DNA of 64,000 nucleotides, taken from contig MU053594.1 of the NCBI GenBank assembly GCA_013239625.1, positions 1,678,127 through 1,742,126 of the forward strand, given 5' to 3'. A program made the translations under genes and the position numbers. Under the pieces are notes generated by a model. The model had not been told where the DNA came from. It made no database searches and saw only the letters and a list, made by a program, of their open reading frames with translations. This document shows positions 52,214 through 64,000 of the stretch, piece after piece; positions within the stretch are counted from its first letter, which is position 1, and every line of letters begins with the position of its first letter. The DNA comes from Lama guanicoe. Its lineage: Eukaryota.

Positions 52214-52316
52214 CATGTGGCCCATAGGAGTTCCCCATGTTGTATGCTGTTCCATCTGGGTCATAATGAGGATGTGCAGTTGCTCCATTCACAGCAATAA
52301 ATTTGCTCCAGTCTAC
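52214..52316 (-). CDS. BCO2: BCO2 exon 5
   Basis: [34 protein letters not shown]. Confidence 0.97.
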
Positions 52317-53090
52317 CTGCAAATTGAAGATTGTCAGAGACTTAAATGTTACATGGGCAGATCTCTATTTAGATGCAAAGACAATAGGAATGTGTCAAAT
52401 ATTAAAATAAGATATAAAAACTACAGTTTTAGCCCTAGTGTCTCATCTCTGAGAAATCGAAGTTATTTTTCCTACTAATGAAAAAGAAATTGAGACCGAA
52501 CAACAACAATAACAAAACCAAACAAAACCTTACCAACAGCACAAAAAAAAATGGACAAAAATGATTATCCAGTAAGGATTTTTTTTTTGCCCAAGATCAC
52601 AAGATGAGAGCAAAGTTCAAAAGAATAAGAATTAAAAGTTAAAATTCTCATCCAAAATTTTATTTTATTTGTTTTTTAAAACAATTTTACTGAGTTATAG
52701 TCATTTTACAATGTTGTGTCAATTACTTTACTTTTAATTAATGTGTTAAGTGAAGGCAGTGTGGGTCTAGATAACCTCCAGTCCAGTTCTACCTGTTGCC
52801 AGGTAGAACGTGAACTGGCCAAAGTAAATCTGTACTATTCTACTTCTCCTTCACTCTAGCCTTCAGATATAAGGACTAAGGAAGAAGTCGTCTAGAATTA
52901 TCTTAAAGGAAAACCAACCCCACAGGCCATTCTAACCAGGACAGAGGGTGCACAATGACCCAAATCAGTGGGTAACTTCGTTTTTCTTTAAGGCTCCAAT
53001 TTCTTCTTCAGATATCTACTACCCTAAAAGGTATGTTCAATGGAAAGTAATTTTAGGGTCCATTATATTCATTTTAACTCTGTATTTTAC

Positions 53091-53206
53091 CTTTTCTGTT
53101 TTTTCCAGGGTTTCAATGTCCACTTTATTCATAAAGTTGGTTTCTGTACTAATGTAGTAATCACCCTTGTACCGCACATAGTTGACGTTGGTGTTGTCAG
53201 TCATTG
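53091..53206 (-). CDS. BCO2: BCO2 exon 4
   Basis: [38 protein letters not shown]. Confidence 0.97.
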
Positions 53207-53415
53207 CTGAAACCAAACCCAAGTTATTTAAGCGCCACAACTTAGTGTAGCAGGCCCTAAGCACACAATCAGGGGGAGAAAACAGTTTAAACATCCTCTC
53301 ATACCAAGAAATATATATTTCAAGATTTATATTTATAAAGATTGTCATATACCAGAATAATTTAAAGAATCATCACTATCACCTGTAAATTATGGGCATG
53401 TTAAGGGCTGCTTAC

Positions 53416-53627
53416 CAGGCAGCTCAAATTTTGACATGAAACGTTCAAAAACATTCTTGCATGGATCAGGGAAAGCCAGTGTGCCAAATTCTGAGATCAC
53501 AATTCGGTCACGAGCACTGTTGGCCTTATATGTATCGCTCTGTAGAAACTTGCTCCTATATGTCACTGTGCCCTTCTCCATCTTGAACTGGTGAAGTAAA
53601 GCCATTCCATCAAACCAGTGGTTGTAC
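53416..53627 (-). CDS. BCO2: BCO2 exon 3
   Basis: [14 protein letters not shown]...[18 protein letters not shown]; donor G|gtaagc. Confidence 0.96.
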
Positions 53628-54264
53628 CTTTAAATGGGAGCAAAAATAGAAAATATTAGTAAGAAAAACATGGGGTCAAAATGAGAGACTTCAAATGTAG
53701 AGATAAGCAAATGGCATGGGTTCCTGGCACAACCTGATTAGTGAAAGAACTTGAAATTAAGGAATGATAGCTTATGAGGATATCCTGAAGTACAACAATG
53801 AAAGAGCAACTTACATTCCCCTGACCCTTACCCCTTGTCGAAAAGCTCACTTCAGAGGGCTAAAGAAAAACCCTAAGCTGGTGACTCCTAAGATAATTCT
53901 ATCTTTACCCTATAACCAAGAGAACAGCATGAGAGGATATGGAATGCTTGACATTTCCCAAATTAAAATGGGTCCCAAAACTTTTAGAAATACTTATCTT
54001 CATATCTTTTACATATTACATTTCTACTTTAAAAATTTTCAAATTTATCAAAACTATTAAAGTAAGCAAACAAGATAACTGTCCTTACTGGATAATCATT
54101 TTTGTCCATTTAATTACACTGGAAATGATGTATTTAAATGATGGAATATCAAAACCTTGTAAGGAAACATTTGTAGCTTTGCTTTTAAAAGGGTTTAACA
54201 TTACATAGTCTTTTCTCTCATATGTTTGACAGATTGAATGTTTAATATCTTTAGCATAACTAAG

Positions 54265-54356
54265 GTGGAGAGGATATAGGTCAGTGGCAGAGTGCGTGCT
54301 TAGCATGCACAAGGTCCGGGGTTCAATCCCCAGTATCTCTGTGAAAAAAAAAAAAG
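54265..54356 (+). mobile_element. tRNA-derived SINE (camelid Vic-1-like)
   Basis: B box gggttcaatccc, poly-A tail, ~15-bp TSD tttagcataactaag/tttagcatgactaag. Confidence 0.85.
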
Positions 54357-54407
54357 TTATTTAGCATGACTAAGCAAAACTAACATCATTGTCTTAAAAG
54401 GCTACGG

Positions 54408-54890
54408 TCCTGAAAGCAGGGGTTCAAAGATACATTTGTACACCCATGTTATAGCAGCATTATTTACAATAACCAAAATGTAGAAGCAACCCAAGTGTCA
54501 ATCAGTGGATGAATGGATAAACAAAATTTAACATACAATGGAAAATTATTCAGCCTTAAGAAGGGAAGAAATCCTGACACATGCTATAACATGGATGAAC
54601 CTTAAGGACACCACACTTAAATTAAATAAGCCAGTCACAAAGACAAATACTGTATGATAGCACTAACATGAGGTATCAAAATAGTCAAATTCACAGAAAC
54701 GGGAAGCAGAATGGTGGTTACCAGGGGCTGAGAGGATGGGAAAACGGAAAGCTATTGTTTAATAGGTATAGAGTTTCAGTTTTGCAAGATGAAAAAGTTC
54801 TGAAGATTTGTTTCACAGCACTAACCTGGACACTTAAAAAATGGTTGAGATGGTAAATATTGTGGTTTTTTTATGACAATTTTTTTAAAC
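54408..54890 (+). mobile_element. L1 (L1MB-like) 3' end
   Basis: gaagcaacccaagtgtc...gatgaaaaagttctg. Confidence 0.75.
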
Positions 54891-54929
54891 AAACCACAGG
54901 AAATAAGAAAGTTTCTTTTTTTAAGGCCC

Positions 54930-56760
54930 TTTTTACCCAGTGATTTGAGATGCCATCTTTATCATAAACTAAATTTCCGTAAGTTCTTGGGTCTATTTCC
55001 GGGCTTTCTATTCTATATCACTTACCTATTTATCTATTCATGCACTGATATCACAATGTTTTAATTATAAAGGACTTGTATTTTAACATCTGATACAGCT
55101 AGTTACCCTCTACACTGAGAATTTTCTTTTTTAGTGTTTTCTTGACTATTCTTGCATATTTATTTTTCCATATGAACTTTAGATTTCATTTGTCTAGCTT
55201 CCTTTTAAGTCTTTGGAATTTTTATTAAGATTGTATTAAATTTAAAAATTAACTTAGAACTGACATCTTTGTGATGCTATATCATCCATCCTGTTCAAGA
55301 ACAAAGGATCTTTCCATTTAATTGTGTCTTTCAGGCGTGTCTGAAAGTTTGCACATTTCTTGTTAAGTTCATTTCTAAGTATTTAATCTTCTTTGTTGCT
55401 ATTGTAAATAATGTTTTTTTCTACCGTTATGTCCCCTAACTGGTTATTCTTTGTGTATATGAAGGCTAGTGATTCAGCATGTTAATTTTACATCCTGTTA
55501 CTACACCTTTTATTCTTTGTGCTATTTTGCCATTAATTCTCTGTGGTTTTCCAGGTTTACTGTGATGTCATCTGCAAAAAGAGACAGTTTTACTTTACTA
55601 ATCATTGTGCCTCTAATCAATTTCTTTAGTCAAATTGTATTAGTTGTATCTGGTTAAGTAGTAGTAGAGATAGTACCCATCCTTTCCTTGTTCCTGCTTT
55701 AGAAAAAATACTAGTAGTGTATCCCAATTTAGTATTACTGGTTTTAGGACTGAGATTAAAATATACTAATTTACAAATGTGTGTGTGTATATACACACAT
55801 ATATACTCACATATTATGTGTATATACATATATACACACATATGTATATACACATATTTTTCTTCTAATATATGTATATGTAAAATATGTATGTATATAT
55901 ACATGTATATGTATATGTGTATATACATACATATATACAAAATCATATTGAGAAAATATCCATGAAGTCCTATTTTCCTGATTACTTTTATGAGGAATGG
56001 ATGTTGAGTTTCAACAAATGTTTTGTTAGTATTTATGGAGAAGATTATGATTATGACTATGATTATTTTTCCTGAGATCTTTTAATATGGTATATGACAG
56101 TAATGGATTTCCAAATAATGAAACTACCTTGCATTCTTGGAATTAATCTTATCTGATAATAGTGAATTATATTTTTCATGTAGTGTTGGATTCTGTTTGC
56201 TAATGAAATATTTATTAGTATTATATTAGTACTATATATTTTGTACTTTTTCATGGGTATTCATAAATAATATGAATAAATGATAGTTTTCTTTTTGTAA
56301 CAACTTTATCATGTGTAGCTATCAATATTACACCTGCTTCATAAGAAAAGCAGGAAATTTCCTTTCACTTTTAATCCTCTGAAATAATCTATGCAGCATT
56401 GGAACTATAAAATATTTGAAGGTTTGGTAGAATTTCCCTGTGAAGCAATCGGGGCCTAGAGCTTTTTTAAAGAAGTAGTTTCTCAATAAGTTTCTTGTTT
56501 TCCTCTACAGAAATTGGTCTGTTTAAATTTTCTACCTCTATCAATTTGGGTAATCTGTATTTCCCCAGGAAATTATCCATTTCTTTGAGGTTTTCAAATG
56601 TATTTACACAGAGGCCCATAAAGTCTCTTGTAATTTTTTGTCTGTTTCAATAAATCTTCTTTCACATCATCATTTCTTATTTTGTACATTTGTGCTTTCT
56701 TTTCCTTCTTGATAATGTTAGCCAGTGGTTTCTCTCTCTATTTTGGTAATTTTTTTCAAT
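54930..56760 (-). mobile_element. Old antisense L1 ORF2 remnant containing a (TA/CA)-rich simple repeat at ~55777-55937
   Basis: Degenerate antisense ORF2 text; low-complexity tract. Confidence 0.65.
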
Positions 56761-57119
56761 AATACTGAAAACAAAATACTTTCAATAATTATTGCTATTC
56801 TGGTCTACAGCCCAATAGAACCATGATACATAGAGCCAAATACAATACTCTGGGTGTAAACTCAGATACTCAGCTTCCTCATTTAAGATATTTCATATTC
56901 TTTTCTTTCCTTCTTATTTTTTCTGTTATCACCTCATATTGTTGACTCACACTGAGCTGTCAAGAAAAACCTCTAATTTTTTAACACATTCTGCTGTTAA
57001 GCCAATCACTTCCATTTTCATTCTTGGGTAACTAGCTTTCTTGATCCATATTTATCTTTAATAAATTTCAACTTGTTAGATTCCATCTCACAAGATACTT
57101 CTAGACACTGTCATTCAAT

Positions 57120-60100
57120 GCATTCATTTATTCAAATCAATCAATATTACTTGAGTCCCTACTATGTGCAAGGCACTGTGCCAAGCTCAGCAATTATAGG
57201 CATATAAATACCTATAATACAAAGTGATTACTGCGACAATGGAGAAGTGTTGGGGGAAAATAACACTATCTATGCAAAGAGGGAGCAACAGCACGGAAGG
57301 ATGTGGACATCATGGAAGGGCCAGAGGGAAGACGACATTTGTCTGGTCCTTTAAGAATATCTGCCAGTTGGAAAAGGGTAGAAGGGCATTCTAGGGAGAG
57401 GTAATTTTTAAAAAAGGAAGAGCCTGAAGGTACATGGCATCTTGGAGAAATAGGCAGTTAAGAAATGAGTGTGTAGGCAGAGCCATCAGTGGCAGGAGAT
57501 GATGATGGAGAAACAGGTCAGCACAAGGCCCAACAGTACTTAGACTTAAGGCTTAAAGTCCTTCAACAGGCAAGTGCAGAGTTTTGAAACAGGAGAGTGA
57601 AACTGTGAGATCTGTATTTTAGAAAGGTCACTCTGGACACAGAGTAGAACATGGGACAGAAAGGAAATCATCCAGATGTAGAGAAACCAAAAAAAGGCCA
57701 GTCAATAATTCAAGTGAGAGAAGATGAGAGTCTAAATTGAAGCAGCACAGTTAGAAAAGGACAAACTGCAGGAATGAGTCAGAGGTCACTGACAGGAGTG
57801 ACAAAAAGAGAGAATCCAGAAAGTCACACCTGAATGGATGGTGATGCTTTAACTAAGATGGAGAACACGTGAAGAGCAAGTCCTAGGGCAAAACAAATAG
57901 TTCAGTTTTGAACAAGAGCCTGAGCCAACTGTAAAACATCAGGGTAGAGATGTTCTGCAGCCAGTGGCAAGAATCAGATCTAGAGCACAGGAGATGGGTG
58001 CGGGGTCGGAGGGTGGATGCTTGAGAGTATCTGTGTGTGATAGGCATAGCCACAGGTGCAAATGAGACAGTAACACCACCTACTGAGCATTCACAGCATG
58101 CCAGGTAGCATGCGAGGCACTTCACCACATCTTTTATATATGTATAATGTGTGTGTGTGTGTACACAGTTGACCCTTCAATAACATGTGTTTGAACTGCG
58201 AGGGTCCACTTACACCAGATTTTTTTTCAGTAGCAACTGCTCCAGCACCACACGATCCGCAGCTGGTTGAATCCACTGATGCAGAACCACAGGTGGAGGC
58301 ACGTGGCACAGGGGGCCGACCATAAGTTAGACACAGTTTTTCCACTATGCAGAGGGTTGGCACCCCTAACCCTCCTGTTGTTCAAGGCTCAAATATGTAA
58401 ATATATTACTTCCTCCCATCACATTGATTAGAGATGGGGAACTACTATTCCCATATTACAGATGTGGAAACCAAGGTTCAGAGCAACAACATGCCCAGGG
58501 TCACAGGGCTGGTAAGTGGCAGAACAAGGATCTCAGAACAGTGCTGACTTCAAAATCTGGGTTCCACAACATCCCAAAAGGCAGGTGAACTGTAAGAAGT
58601 TATTTGGCAGGACAGGGAGTGGGGAGAGAGGGCACTGAAGGGAAAGAAGAGAATGAAAATGCAGAGTGCCAGTCCTTGGCAGCCACTGAATGAAGCACTT
58701 TATATGCATCATCTCCTTTAATCCTCATACCCATTCATTAAAATGGGTATTATTAGCCTCATTTTTCATACAAGAAAACTTGCTCAAGATCATAGCACTG
58801 ATAAGTGATGAAAATGGGATCTGAACCAACTCCATCTTATAATGAAGAATGCATCATTCCTACTACACCAAAGAAAGCATACAATGAGAGAAAAGGAAGG
58901 AATACTCAGGGAAGAGGCTGGGATATATCAACATTAAAGTGACAGATGAAGTGAGGTGAGCAACAACAACAAAAAGTGATTTCAGAACATGCAATCAGAG
59001 GGACAGAGAAGAATCAGGAGAAAGTGTTATGTGGGAATCCAGGAACCAGAGAATGTTAAGACGGGTGGTCAAGAAGGTCAAATGCTGTAGAAAAGTCAGG
59101 CTGAGGACTGGAAAGCCCATTTCATCTACCATTTAACAGGCTTTGGTGATCTTTTTGAGAGCTGACACTGTAGCACAGTGAGGTGAAAAGTCAGATGGCA
59201 GTGAACTGAGAAGACCCCAGGAAGTAGGAAGACAGAAGCAGTGAGGGGAAGAGAAAGGGTCTTAGCTGGAGAGGAAGGTGGGAAGGAATCAGGGCTCTTT
59301 AGGATGAGAGGTCATTTGCAGGCTGAGTTGAGGGGCTGGTGAAGGAGAAACAGACACAAGGGGAGGGGTGTGAATGATGCAGCAAGGTTTCAGAGGCGGG
59401 GAAGAGGCCACCTCCTCCTCTGATCAGGACGAGGAAGGAACAGGTACCTCTGTGGGGAAACACGGAGGTAGGGAAGAGGGCAGTTGAAGGAGCTCAAATA
59501 CAATCACCCTTCTATTCGTTATACCTGGTTCATCTGTTGGCAGTGAAAGGGACAGGGAGAGTGAAGGAGGTTTCAGGAAAAAATGCCCTGTAGGAAGCTA
59601 GAAAAAACAGTGACTGCTAAAGATTTCCTGGCAGCACCAAGGACTCGGCTAGGACTGGAAATCCTAACTCTGTAATTGAATCAATCAGCAAGGTTATATG
59701 ATTTCCTCTAGATGTGCCCAGCAGGCTTGGACCATGAATGGAGGGAACCAGAAATAGGTTAACGGAGGACTGGAAATGGTCGGAGACGCAGCGATCAGCA
59801 GGGCCGAGGAAGTGAGGGTGGTGGTGAGAGTGTGTTTGAAGGGACTGACCACCAACTTGGAACTGGGGAGAAGAAATCAAAGAAAGCTGATAAAGGAAAG
59901 CTGATAAACTGAGGAAATGGAGAAGAGTAAGGAGAATTCGATGCGACTGAAAACAAGTTTAATGGGAATGGAGGAGTGTGGAAAGTGGGGCTTTGAGCGC
60001 ACAGTCTGAGTTCAAGATCCCAGGGGAAGGGCAGTTCTGTGGAATACGTTCCAGGATGTGGCCTCAGTATGGCCTTACTGAAGCACAGAGGGGACAATCA

Positions 60101-60190
60101 TTGCAGTGGGGACGGCCATGGAACTGGGAGGCTGGACTGTCTTCATCGTGGACCCTGAAGTCATTCCAGGAGAGTGGTTGATGTTCAAAT
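57120..60190 (-). mobile_element. Fragmented L2 interrupted by MIR and Tigger pieces
   Basis: Antisense L2 3' end (ctactatgtgcaaggcactgtg) and purine-rich L2 body. Confidence 0.5.
58166..58395. mobile_element. Tigger2a-like non-autonomous TcMar DNA transposon
   Basis: Terminal inverted repeats CAGTTGACCCTTCAATAAC...GTTGTTCAAGGCTCAA. Confidence 0.8.
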
Positions 60191-61609
60191 GCTCAGGATA
60201 GTTAGTACTCTGCCCAGATTCATCTGATTTTCAAAACTGATAAGCACGCCTCCAATGAAACCATTGATTAAAACCTTTTTAATTGAAGAAAGGCCTTTGT
60301 CATGTCACTACCATGTCTGCACGTTCTATTAAGTGGCATCTAACAAGAGATCAGACATGCACAACTGAGTGGGGCTATTCTTGTCCACAGGTTAAGGGTC
60401 ACACTGACTTCGGGTCTCTGCCCTTTAAATCTAAGTTGGGAGCCAACCACTAAACTAAGCCTCCGTTTGTCTCCTCTTTGACCTAAAAATACCTACCTAC
60501 CAAGGGGTGGGAAATACCTTGTTCTTGCTATAAATGCCTACTGCTGGCTCTGGAAAGAAGTGACTTGAAAGACCAAGTAGACGTTTATGAGGACCAGCCA
60601 CCCTACCCGCTCCCCTTTCCCCACGAAGATGTTTATCTTAAAAGAGGCCTATGGTGCAAGCCCAGGCCCTGAGCAGCTCTGCTACTTCGTTTTACAATTT
60701 GCTAGAGCTGCTCCTGCAGCAGATGAAATAAACACAGTGCTTTCTGCAAGAGGCTGGTACTCTCTGGGGGGTGGACTAGAAGTTTTCTTTTTCTTTTCCT
60801 TCTCCTCTTCCTTTTTGCTTTACAATCTTTTTGCGAATTGTAACTTCTGTGAAATCCAGATGTGTAAAATAGGGAAAAGTAGAGCTTCTCTGTTAGGCCT
60901 GGTGGGTGGGGTTCATAAGCCGGTTTGCTCCTTTTCTTTTTCCCTACCTCCAAATCACTCCCCCACCCTCCCAGCCCCACAAACACCACCCTGAGCATTT
61001 AAAGTAACTCCTTCAGGGCTTTTTGCAGCAGTTGGTTGGGGAAGGAAGGGGTGGTGGAAGCACACTGCATTTTGTTTCCTTCTAGTCTTATCATTTTGTA
61101 TGTCTAATATTCAGTGAAGACAAGATGCAAGAGGTCCAGCAAATTAAAATATCTGAGTTACTAAGAAATATCTCTTGAACATGCTCCTAATTCTTGATCT
61201 GTTTCCAACAACAGTTGGAGAAACACAGCAGGACCACAATCAGATTCCCATCAGGCCCACAGGAATGGTACAGCTAGTAGAAAGTAGAAGAGGTGGTTGC
61301 CTGGAGATTGGGGAAGAAGAAAATGGGAGTTACTGTTTAATGGGTACAGAGTTCCAGTTTTGCAAGATGAAAAGCGGATGGATGCTGGTGATGACAGCAC
61401 ATCAATGTGAATATACTTAATGCTACTGAACTGTACACTCAAAATCAGTTGTCAAACTTTAGATGGTAAATTTTATGTTATGTGTATTTTCACCACATTT
61501 TTTTTAAAAAAGGCAATGGTTTCTGGAATATCATCCAGCCATTAAAAGTAATGGTCATTCAGATTTCATAACACAGATGAAAAGGCTTATGATGGTGTGA
61601 AATTTTTAG

Positions 61610-62170
61610 GGCAAAAAAATTCAGTTGATATCTAAACTATATAAAGAGCTCATATAACTCAATAGCAAAAAAACGAACAACCTGATTTAAAAATGAGCAG
61701 AAGACCTGAACTGACATTTTCCAAAAAAAGACATACAGATGGTCAACAGGTACATGAAAAGATGTCCAAAATCACTAATCATTGGGGAAACGCAAATCAA
61801 AACCACAATGGCATACCAACCCACACCTGTTAGAATAACTATTATCAAAAAGATAAGAAATAACAAGTGCTGGGGAAGATATGGAGAAATGAGAATTCTT
61901 GCACACTGCTGGTGAAAATGTAAATTAGTACAGCTACTATGGAAACCTGTATGGAGGGTCCTCAAAAAAGTTAAAAAATAGAACTATCATATGATCCAGC
62001 AGCTCCACTCACTTCTAGATATTTACCCAAAGAAACTAAAAACACTAACTCGAAAAGATATATGCACCCCTACGTTTATTGCAGCATTATTTACAAGAGC
62101 CAAGCTATGGAAACAAGTGCCCATGGACACATGAATGGATAAAGAAGATGTGTTGTATACACACACACAA

Positions 62171-62219
<49 letters not shown>

Positions 62220-62690
62220 TACTACTCAGCCATAAAAAAGGAAATAAATCTTGCCATTTGTGACATGGATACAGCTTGAAGGCATTATGCTACGTGAAAT
62301 AAGTCAGACAGAGAAAGACAAATACTATATGATCTCAGTTATATGTGGAATCTTTGGAAAAAAAAACAGAAGTTCAAAGATACAGAGAATAGATTGGTGG
62401 TTGCAAGAGACTAGTAGTCGCAAGAGGTGAAGGAGGTGAAAAGGTAAAAACTTCCAGTTATAAAATAAGTAAGGGATATAATGTATAGCATGGAGACTAC
62501 AGTAAATAATACTATATTGCATATTTGAAAGTTGCTAAGAGAGTAAATCTTAACAATCTTCAACACAAGAAAAAAATTTTGTAACCATGATGATGTATGA
62601 TAATTAAACAATATACAGAAATACTGAATCATTATGTTGTATGTCTGAAACTAATATAATGTTACATGTCAATTATACCTCACTAAAAAT
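61610..62690 (+). mobile_element. L1 3' end (end of ORF2 plus 3' UTR) with an internal (CA)n(GA)n repeat at ~62158-62216
   Basis: gacctgaactgacattttccaaa...gaatcattatgttgtatgtctgaaactaatataatg. Confidence 0.85.
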
Positions 62691-63705
62691 ATTTTATATA
62701 TAACTGTAATTATTTAAAACAAATCTGCAGAAATGGAAGGACTAACAGGAAATACACCAAAGTGCTAACAGAGGATGTGGTACACAATTTTCTCCCCACT
62801 CCATTCTACATTTCAAAAAGTTCTACTCAGGTAAAAACTTTCATAATGAAAAAAAAGTTTCTAATATTTTTAAATGTTTAAAGCAAAGTAGATTCCTTCC
62901 TGACTATAGTGGTTTCTTCACATCACTTCATGTCCCTAGTAGACACACAGAGAAATGATATACTAAAGAGTTACTGGGATTTTTTTTCATTCTTTACATA
63001 TATTTATTGAGTGCTATTTAAGGACAGGGCACTGTCCTAGATACTGGGGGTATGGGGTGAATAAGAAAAAGTCCCAGCCCTCACAGAACTGATATCTAGT
63101 GAGGGAACACAGCTAATAAATAAAAAACAAATAAAATATGCTAAATACCGATAGCGCTGAGAATTAAAATAGGTAATACGATAAACAATAGCATTTTTAG
63201 ATTGGGAGATCATGAAAGGCTCAAAGGATATGAAATTTGAGCTGATATCTGACTGACAAGAATCAGACTTGGGAAGAAAGATGAGTGAGCCAATGCCAAG
63301 ACCTTGAGCAAAAATAAATGTGCCTGGTTTGAGGAACTGAAAGAGCCATTGTGTCTGGGGGGTACTGGGTAAGGGAGTGGTATGAGGTGAAGACATTGCC
63401 CCTTCCTTCAGGAACTTGTGATGAAATAGAGCGCGGTAGTCATGGAGATAGTTCCTGACACTTCTCTTTTGGTATAAACCTTCAGACAACTTAAAACTTA
63501 CAATATTCTGCAAAGCAAAAAAAGTCAGGACTTTTAAAAAAGAATTTAAGTATCCATTTTTTTTCTACAGACTAGTTTCCTCATCTGTAATCAAAGGGAT
63601 TGCATGGCAACGTTTAGCCTCAGAGAGGAAGCAGACATTAGTGCATATTCCAAAGAACGAGCCCATGCTAAGAAACCGAAATTGTTCTCCAAAATCAAGG
63701 CTTAC

Positions 63706-63910
63706 CTATCCTTCCCAAACTCAAATTTCCCAGGTCCAATTCGAAGTAGATAGCCATTGAGCCACTCAGGAAAACGTCCCTGGACTCGAGCAGAGATGAT
63801 CTGCGGAGTCTCCTCTACCGTGGTTAGAAGTGGTGCAATACATGGAAGATTCTTCTGCTTACTGAAGACCACTTCTTTCTGATGAGAATTTCTGACATAC
63901 TTTTTCAAAA
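63706..63910 (-). CDS. BCO2: BCO2 exon 2
   Basis: [15 protein letters not shown]...[19 protein letters not shown]; ttcag acceptor; AG|gtaag donor. Confidence 0.96.
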
Positions 63911-64000
63911 CTGAAGAGGAAATCAAAAGCACAAAAATGTTACCAATCTTCTGTAAACATGCTGGTTCTTTATAGACAATAATCTCATCTACCGATAAGG

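Larger units (their letters stand above)
35115..63910 (-). other. BCO2: Beta-carotene oxygenase 2 gene span, exons 2-12 (exon 1 beyond the window); reading frame intact
   Basis: Eleven exons of 205/212/116/103/129/161/168/138/183/111/114 nt join in frame; Fe-binding His motifs TAHPH, YYHSF, FHQIN and GFHG are present. Confidence 0.98.

Noticed and set aside
55626..55965. Tyr/Ile/His-rich ORFs
   Set aside because: Translation of a (TA/CA) low-complexity tract
63037..63513. 158-aa minus-strand ORF in BCO2 intron 2
   Set aside because: Mostly overlaps an L2 remnant; non-ATG start and no splice or homology support

Overview
Mammalian (very likely camelid, from two Vic-1-like tRNA-derived SINEs and camelid-type L1 3' tails) genomic window covering the conserved PLET1-PTS-BCO2 block. 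Plus strand: the last exon and 3' UTR of one PLET1 paralogue (copy A, exon 1306-1739) and a complete 4-exon PLET1 paralogue (copy B, 9064-20096, 361 aa). They lie in a tandem duplication with an 18.15-18.36 kb offset. Minus strand: a complete PTS gene (6 exons, 145 aa, 26322-32337, CpG-island promoter) and exons 2-12 of an intact BCO2 (35115-63910; exon 1 lies beyond the window). The rest is L1, L2, LTR, DNA-transposon and SINE debris. The most striking feature is the PLET1 pair. The duplicated intron, GPI signal and 3' UTR are almost identical, but the Thr/Pro-rich, strongly Lys/Arg-rich heptad-repeat stalk between them has diverged sharply in sequence, length, N-glycosylation sequons and cysteine content. 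This suggests a diversifying family of GPI-anchored cationic mucin-like surface proteins. All alignments and repeat-family names were made by eye and from memory; no searches were run.
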